Position numbers and translations under genes: made by a program. From Pseudomonadota bacterium (GTDB lineage: Bacteria; Bdellovibrionota_B; Oligoflexia; Oligoflexales; RGVZ01), in assembly GCA_041178085.1 (NCBI GenBank), contig JBEGVZ010000005.1, forward strand, positions 1 through 21,686: a stretch of DNA of 21,686 nucleotides, in the 5' to 3' direction. Below are positions 16,756 through 21,686 of this stretch, piece after piece. Each line of letters begins with the position of its first letter. Positions within the stretch are counted from its first letter, which is position 1. The notes beneath the pieces are model-generated. The model had not been told where the DNA came from and ran no database searches. It worked only from the letters and a program-made list of their open reading frames with translations.

Positions 16756-18048
16756 TCACAGGTTTTTTGCCAGATCGAGCCCTTCCTGGCGGGTGGTCCA
16801 TTTACCGTTGAGCCAGGCGCGTTCGAGGGAGGCAAGTATTTCACCAACGCGCTTGCCCTGGTGGATCGATAGCGCTTCCATCACATCCTTGCCCGTGAGT
16901 GGCATGGCGGTGGTTCGCCGCGATCCGAAGCGGGTTTCTGCATCGAGTGTCGCGTTGATTTTTCGGAGGCGCTCTTCCCGGGCAGCTTCGTTGAAATGCG
17001 CGGCAAGGCCAATCCAAACCGGGTAAAGCCATTCGTGCAAGGATCCAGGGCCTGCTTCGCGGTCACAGCGGGTCACGAAGGCCAGCAAGTCTGCAATTTC
17101 GACACCGGCGCCTGCGATTGCATCAAACCCGTCACGTCCCCACATGACCGCCCGGCGTTCCCGGTTGGAAAGCTTCAGACGCATGCGTTCAGGGGTTTCC
17201 ACCGGAGAAAAATAAAGCATCATGGCAAGGCGGGCCTGCCACTTCCATTTGGCGTCAATAGAGTCCAGTGCCAGGAGTCCGGGCATGATTTTTCCCAGTG
17301 GAATTTTCGCGGGAAATCCCGGCAGCACGTGTGTCATCACCCCAGTTTGTTGCATGGCCAGGAGCGGTGCGGCGATCGCGGAACACTCAAGAAGTTGCGT
17401 CGTTTCGTGAGTGATGCGCTCGGCGCTGACAGCATCTAGCCCAGCTTGCTCGGCCTGAATGGATGTGAGGGCATCGGCGTGCGGGGTCAGGTCAAACCGA
17501 GCCCAAAATCTAAAGAATCGCAAGATGCGTAAATAGTCTTCACGAATGCGCGTGGTTGGGTCACCGACGAAAGCAAGGCGGCGCGCTTTGATGTCTTCAA
17601 GCCCACCGTAGAAGTCGTAGATCTTGCCATGGCGATCCTGGAACAGAGCGTTCATCGTGAAGTCGCGGCGGGCGGCGTCTTCTTCAAACGTGGCGCCGTC
17701 ATAGGCGACGACAGCGCGACGCCCGTCAGTGGAAACGTCGCGCCTGAGTGTGGTGATTTCGATATTTCCATGAGGCATCACCAGAGTCACCGTCCCATGG
17801 TCAATGCCGGTGGGGATGAGCTTATATCCCTTCGCCCGCAAGACATTCATGACCGCTTCAGGACGGGCTGATGTAGCGATGTCAAAGTCCTTCGCTTTAC
17901 TACCCATAACCAAATCGCGAACACAACCACCTGCAAGGCGAGCCTGAAACCCGGCTGCCTCCAGTTCTTGCAAAGTGGCAAGAGCGTCACCAAGACGGGG
18001 GTCTTCCGTTGCTGGCGTCGGCGAAGTTGTGTGCGAAGGCTTTGTCAT
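16756..18048 (-). CDS. cca: CCA tRNA nucleotidyltransferase (class II)
   Basis: GGCVRD..DFDIAT, EITTLRRDVSTDGRRAVV (flexible loop present), EDAARRDFTMNAL, RIREDYLRILRFFRF and ERITHE. No obvious HD domain. An A-adding specificity cannot be excluded from sequence alone. Confidence 0.9.
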   Translation of the reverse strand: MTKPSHTTSPTPATEDPRLGDALATLQELEAAGFQARLAGGCVRDLVMGSKAKDFDIATSARPEAVMNVLRAKGYKLIPTGIDHGTVTLVMPHGNIEITTLRRDVSTDGRRAVVAYDGATFEEDAARRDFTMNALFQDRHGKIYDFYGGLEDIKARRLAFVGDPTTRIREDYLRILRFFRFWARFDLTPHADALTSIQAEQAGLDAVSAERITHETTQLLECSAIAAPLLAMQQTGVMTHVLPGFPAKIPLGKIMPGLLALDSIDAKWKWQARLAMMLYFSPVETPERMRLKLSNRERRAVMWGRDGFDAIAGAGVEIADLLAFVTRCDREAGPGSLHEWLYPVWIGLAAHFNEAAREERLRKINATLDAETRFGSRRTTAMPLTGKDVMEALSIHQGKRVGEILASLERAWLNGKWTTRQEGLDLAKNL

Positions 18049-18081
18049 GTTCTTAGGATAGCACTAAACAGGAGGTGATCT

Positions 18082-18399
18082 GTGCGGTTTGGCTTATTCG
18101 CTTTTGCGTTGTTTTTCGCGGCGTCCCCTGTATTTGCTGGATGCCTTACGGATCAAGGCATCTATGAAGACGACTACGGTTATGCCAGGTTTCCCTTTTA
18201 CAACAATTGTGACCAACCGGTGAGCGTGTCGTTGTGTGTAAAATCCTGGCAGCCAGGATCGGATGAGCCTTCTTTCAACCCGTACTGGATGACAGTGTCA
18301 GGGGGAACCAGTAACGAGATCACAAACGGCATCTACGATCAGGTGGAAAGCTACCGCTGGACAGAGGATGGTAGCCAGTCGTGTCCGTTCTATGACTAA
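18082..18399 (+). CDS. Small secreted 4-Cys hypothetical protein
   Basis: GTG with AGGAGG RBS; signal peptide ending VFA; acidic mature part with four Cys (e.g. FYNNCDQPVSVSLC). Confidence 0.8.
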   Translation: MRFGLFAFALFFAASPVFAGCLTDQGIYEDDYGYARFPFYNNCDQPVSVSLCVKSWQPGSDEPSFNPYWMTVSGGTSNEITNGIYDQVESYRWTEDGSQSCPFYD

Positions 18400-18429
18400 G
18401 CCGGCATGTGTCTTGATCGCATTAGGACG

Positions 18430-18978
18430 TCATTGCCCTTTTGCGGTTTTCCAGTGCATGTGATCGCCCTGCTGCCACAGGGCGATGTGCTCGGGCATGG
18501 CTGGAGAGGGGCGACCCTCGCCGGCGACGGCATTGATCTCAGTCGGCCGGACGTGGCCGCCAGATTTCTTCAGAAATCTGGCCTTGATGACTCCGACGGC
18601 GCAAAGTTCACCGCCGCTTTCGAAACGATGCTCGATGTAGACATCTCGCTCATCCCAGCACGCGATCCGCGTTTTGATGACAAATCTCTGAAAAAGTCGA
18701 AGTTCCCGCCGGAAGTGCAGTGTTTCAGACAAAACCACGGGATACCAGCCGTTTCGCCTGAGCGCCGGGACGACCCCTGATCGAATGATGAAGTCTGTGC
18801 GTGCCAGGTCCTGGATCGAAAAGAAAACACCGTTGTTCATGTGCAGGTTGGTGTCTAAATCGTTTGGTAAAACGATAAAAGGCGTCGTGCAGGAATCAAG
18901 AATCCCCACCGAGCCACCGGTGTATTTCCGGAAGAAAGCGACGATGATCGTCCAGCAAAACCGGAAAAACTTGTTCAT
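18430..18978 (-). CDS. Acyl-CoA thioesterase (hotdog fold, 4HBT_2/THEM6-like)
   Basis: VLPNDLDTNLHMNNGVFFSIQDLAR..FRRELRLFQRF..WDER..YIEHRF. Confidence 0.9.
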   Translation of the reverse strand: MNKFFRFCWTIIVAFFRKYTGGSVGILDSCTTPFIVLPNDLDTNLHMNNGVFFSIQDLARTDFIIRSGVVPALRRNGWYPVVLSETLHFRRELRLFQRFVIKTRIACWDERDVYIEHRFESGGELCAVGVIKARFLKKSGGHVRPTEINAVAGEGRPSPAMPEHIALWQQGDHMHWKTAKGQ

Positions 18979-19045
18979 GATTTCATGGGCCTTTCGTTGT
19001 AGTTCCGTGTGCCTCTTGACCTGGCATCGCCTGGCACGAGAGAAT

Positions 19046-19069
19046 TTGTATATACGGATTGTATATACA
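19046..19069. promoter_or_regulatory. Tandem palindromic operator boxes upstream of the antitoxin gene
   Basis: TTGTATATAC at 19046-19055 and 19059-19068; the GTATATAC core is palindromic (TGTATATACA at 19060-19069); lies directly before the RBS. Confidence 0.7.
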
Positions 19070-19079
19070 CGAGGCGTTT

Positions 19080-19430
19080 ATGCCAAAAACCTTGATTTCG
19101 ATCCGGATCGACGACGATATCCTGAGCTGGTTTCGCGAGGTCGCACCTGACGGTTACCAGACCCGTATCTCTGAAGTCTTGCGGGACTTCAAGGAACGTC
19201 ACGAAGAGCGGTTGCAGCGCGTTACGGGGCGGGCCCAGCAGATCTTTGTCGAGCGCCACGGCGAGTGTTTCTGGCACTTGCGCAAGGATCTTGAGGTGAC
19301 TCCAGCCATGTTGCCGGTTATAAGGGCCGGACTGCGCCGTCACGGGGGCTGGGAAGGCGGCCAGCTCGCCAACGAGTTGGAACTTGGCCCCGGATGGGAC
19401 GCGCTTGAATCCCCAGGACGGGGGCTTTAA
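19080..19430 (+). CDS. BrnA-like antitoxin (RHH) fused to a small helical C-terminal domain
   Basis: ATG 19080 with GAGG at 19071-19074. KTLISIRIDDDILSWFRE..GYQTRISEVLR is the BrnA C-terminal signature; extra domain AQQIF..HGECFW..DL..LPVIRAGLRRHGG. Confidence 0.82.
   Translation: MPKTLISIRIDDDILSWFREVAPDGYQTRISEVLRDFKERHEERLQRVTGRAQQIFVERHGECFWHLRKDLEVTPAMLPVIRAGLRRHGGWEGGQLANELELGPGWDALESPGRGL
19395..19430 (+). repeat. Direct repeat, copy 1 (36 bp)
   Basis: TGGGACGCGCTTGAATCCCCAGGACGGGGGCTTTAA; 30/36 identical to 20181-20216, with a 17-bp exact core CTTGAATCCCCAGGACG. Confidence 0.85.
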
Positions 19431-19434
19431 TTTT

Positions 19435-19610
19435 TATAAACTGCTCTACCTGACTGCGCCTGGCTTCCGATCGCCGAAAAGGACCCGTCTGGTCACGGGT
19501 TTTGGGCCCGGAAGGGCCAGGCGTGGTCGTCTTAGCTAAGCAGAGCTCCAGTTTTTTCAGGCATTTGCCATGGCCGGGGGTCCAGGCGCAGTCAGGTAGA
19601 GCAGTTCATA
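19435..19610. mobile_element. MITE-like non-autonomous element with terminal inverted repeats
   Basis: TATAAACTGCTCTACCTGACTGCGCCTGG (19435-19463) vs CCAGGCGCAGTCAGGTAGAGCAGTTCATA (19582-19610): 28/29 inverted match, 25 bp perfect. TA at both ends (possible target duplication); no credible ORF inside. Confidence 0.68.
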
Positions 19611-19913
19611 TCAGGCGGACTTCTTTTTCCCTGGCCGCTTTTTTGAACTTACGGCAACAAGTGGAAAGGCCTCTGGGTTTTGCAGTGAGTTGACGTGAAG
19701 GTCGACGTCCAGACCAGGCCAGTAAAGGTGTCCAGGGTGCGGCTGTTTAACGTCATGCACATCCTTGATCGTGGCTGAGCGAAACCAGGGGAATAGTTCA
19801 AACGGTGCGAAATACTCCACTCCGTCGACCAGTAACCAGACGCCATGGTTTGAAATGCCATTCACTTCAGCGCCTGAAGTGCTTGCGCCACGCTTCTTTG
19901 ATTTCCTTTTCAT
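19611..19913 (-). CDS. DUF2442 family protein (putative antitoxin)
   Basis: EVNGISNHGVWLLVDGVEYFAPFELFPWFRSATI..HLYWPGLDVDL..SLQNPEAFPL. Confidence 0.88.
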   Translation of the reverse strand: MKRKSKKRGASTSGAEVNGISNHGVWLLVDGVEYFAPFELFPWFRSATIKDVHDVKQPHPGHLYWPGLDVDLHVNSLQNPEAFPLVAVSSKKRPGKKKSA

Positions 19914-20106
19914 GGTTCACCACTATTTTTTGGAGATCCACTAACTGCCTTCTGCTCAATCCAGTAAACGAGGCAAGGGCAACGACAGGCTCGATCCAGA
20001 ATTTCGCCTCCCCATCGGCGCAAGTCACATGGACATGCATGCGAACTTCCTCTCTGGAGAAGAAGAAAAAGCGATAAGGACCTTCGTAGAATATAGTCGG
20101 ACTCAT
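19867..20106 (-). CDS. DUF4160 family protein (putative HicA-like toxin)
   Basis: MSPTIFYEGPYRFFFFSREEVRMHVHV..GEAKFWIEP..EIKEAWRKHF; overlaps the DUF2442 gene by 47 bp. Confidence 0.9.
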   Translation of the reverse strand: MSPTIFYEGPYRFFFFSREEVRMHVHVTCADGEAKFWIEPVVALASFTGLSRRQLVDLQKIVVNHEKEIKEAWRKHFRR

Positions 20107-20180
20107 CAATGGCCTTTATGTTGCCTTTTCCATCGTGATTCTTAACACTAACCCGGAGTCAGTATCGACGCCAAGTGATT

Positions 20181-20216
20181 TGGAACTCTCTTGAATCCCC
20201 AGGACGTGGACTTTGA
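20181..20216 (+). repeat. Direct repeat, copy 2 (contains the RBS and TTG start of the ABC-F gene)
   Basis: TGGAACTCTCTTGAATCCCCAGGACGTGGACTTTGA, 786 bp from copy 1. Confidence 0.85.
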
Positions 20217-21686
20217 ACCTTCTTTCTTGCCAGGACATCACCAAATCCTTCGGGTCCAAACCCGTTCTGAACGGCGTCACGTTCAGCCTGGACGAAGGCG
20301 AGCAGATGGTCATGCTGGGCGCCAATGGCTGCGGCAAGTCGACTCTTATGAAGATCATTGCCGGCATCGAGTCGTCTGATGGTGGAGAAGTGTCTTTCCG
20401 GCGCGGGGTGAAGATCGCCTACGTGCCGCAGGAACATGATCTGTCCCCCCTTATGACTGCGCTGGAAGTCCTGACTGAAGCCGGTGACAAAGCCGGCCTG
20501 GACCATGAGGCCATGCTTCAGACGGTCCGGCGTTTCGGCGGTGTCGATGCCCTGATCGAGTCGGGGATCCGCGTTGCGGCAATGTCCGGCGGGCAGCGCA
20601 AGCGCCTGTCGATCGTTCGTGCTTTGGTGCAGCGACCCGACCTGCTTTTGCTCGATGAGCCCACCAACCACCTCGACCTGGAGGGCGTGATGTGGCTGGA
20701 AGGGCTGTTACCGCGGGCGGCATCGTCCTCGATCATCATCAGCCACGACCGCTACTTTATCGAGGCTGTGGCCTCTCGCGTGATTGAAATCGCGCGCCTT
20801 TATCCGCGCAGTGTTTTTGATTCAGAGGGCGGCTATGCGGACTTTATCGAAAAGAAGGCTGCCTGGATCGAAACCCGCGAGCGCGAAGCCGACACGATGG
20901 CCAACAAGATGCGTCGCGAGGCCGCCTGGCTTGCCCGAGGCGCCCGCGCCCGGACCACGAAGTCAAAATCACGCATCGAACGGGCCAAGGCCCTTGAAGT
21001 TCAGGTCGCCGATGCCAAGGCGGCCCTGTCAACTCGGTCTATTGAATTCGACTTCACGTCAAGCGCCCGTAAAACTAAAAAGCTGATCCATCTGGAAGGG
21101 GTCACCAAGTCGTGGGGGGCGCGCACCCTTTTTAAAGGCCTTGGTTTTACCCTTGGCCCCGGGATGCGCCTTGGCGTGGCCGGTATTAACGGCAGTGGCA
21201 AGACTAGCTTGCTGAAAATACTGACGGGCGAAACCGGCGTCGAATCTGGCAAAGTGGAACGCGCGGACCAGCTGAAGATTGCCTATTTCGACCAGGCACG
21301 TGTTGCCCTGGAGGCCGAGGGCTTCAACGAAAACTCCACCGTGAAGCAGATACTTGCCCCTGATTCCGATGGGGTGGTTTTTCGGGGACGTACGCTTCAT
21401 ATCGCGTCTTATGCGCGGACATTCCTGTTCGATGGCGAGGCACTGGCCAAACCCTACGGAAAACTTTCTGGCGGCGAGAAGGCGCGCGTTCACATCGCCA
21501 AATTCCTGCTTTTGCCCGCAGATGTTCTAATTCTTGACGAGCCCACCAACGATCTGGATTTGCCAACTCTGGAAGCGTTGGAGTCTGCCCTGATGGAATT
21601 CCCCGGGGCGATCGTGCTGGTAACGCACGACCGGTTTTTGCTTGATCGCGTGGCGACGGGAATCCTTGGCCTGCATCCAGATCCCG
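20213..21686 (+). CDS. uup: ABC-F family ATP-binding protein, Uup-like (partial, runs off the right edge)
   Basis: Not in the ORF track. TTG 20213 (AGGA at 20201-20204; in-frame stop at 20192). MNLLSCQDITKSFG..GANGCGKST, MSGGQRKR, LLLDEPTNHLD, SHDRYF, linker REAAWLARGARARTTKSKSRI, second NBD GINGSGKT, LSGGEKAR, LILDEPTNDLD, THDRF. Confidence 0.88.
   Translation, partial: MNLLSCQDITKSFGSKPVLNGVTFSLDEGEQMVMLGANGCGKSTLMKIIAGIESSDGGEVSFRRGVKIAYVPQEHDLSPLMTALEVLTEAGDKAGLDHEAMLQTVRRFGGVDALIESGIRVAAMSGGQRKRLSIVRALVQRPDLLLLDEPTNHLDLEGVMWLEGLLPRAASSSIIISHDRYFIEAVASRVIEIARLYPRSVFDSEGGYADFIEKKAAWIETREREADTMANKMRREAAWLARGARARTTKSKSRIERAKALEVQVADAKAALSTRSIEFDFTSSARKTKKLIHLEGVTKSWGARTLFKGLGFTLGPGMRLGVAGINGSGKTSLLKILTGETGVESGKVERADQLKIAYFDQARVALEAEGFNENSTVKQILAPDSDGVVFRGRTLHIASYARTFLFDGEALAKPYGKLSGGEKARVHIAKFLLLPADVLILDEPTNDLDLPTLEALESALMEFPGAIVLVTHDRFLLDRVATGILGLHPDP

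Noticed and set aside
19435..19610. Retron msr-msd, 6S RNA or REPIN
   Set aside because: No reverse transcriptase nearby; a 25-bp perfect terminal stem is unlike the bulged 6S rod; the GTAG motifs are internal and point outward, unlike REP doublets.
19395..20216. 36-bp direct repeat as a CRISPR array
   Set aside because: Only two imperfect copies 786 bp apart with genes between them; no spacer periodicity and no cas genes.
20175..20216. 13-aa leader peptide (MIWNSLESPGRGL) regulating the ABC-F gene
   Set aside because: No SD at a usable distance; more simply explained as the duplicated 3' end of the brnA-like gene.
20116..21566. Short ORFs listed in the track at the right edge, including 20191-20379
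   Set aside because: Alternate-frame or antisense shadows of the ABC-F gene starting at 20213.

Overview
Bacterial chromosomal window whose gene content (TIGR02147/DUF4423 regulator, many hypothetical lipoproteins, giant Ig-repeat lipoproteins, sigma28-type promoters on non-flagellar genes) suggests a Bdellovibrionota/Oligoflexia-like organism; this is inference. The left ~16.7 kb is a surface/secreted-protein region: two tandem Ig-repeat lipoprotein adhesins sharing an N-terminal module (the first runs off the left edge and is missing from the ORF track), two large Cys-containing lipoproteins, a translationally coupled three-gene operon (secreted protein with a FrpC-type self-processing module carrying Ser-Pro instead of Asp-Pro, plus two lipoproteins), a permuted papain-like protein, a Beta_propel lipoprotein, TIGR02147 plus a partner lipoprotein, and an S1 protease. 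Several of these genes have sigma28 (FliA)-like promoters. The right part has cca, a thioesterase, an orphan BrnA-like fusion antitoxin with its operator, a ~176-bp MITE-like element and a DUF4160/DUF2442 pair enclosed by a 36-bp direct repeat that duplicates the start of a Uup-like ABC-F gene, which runs off the right edge.
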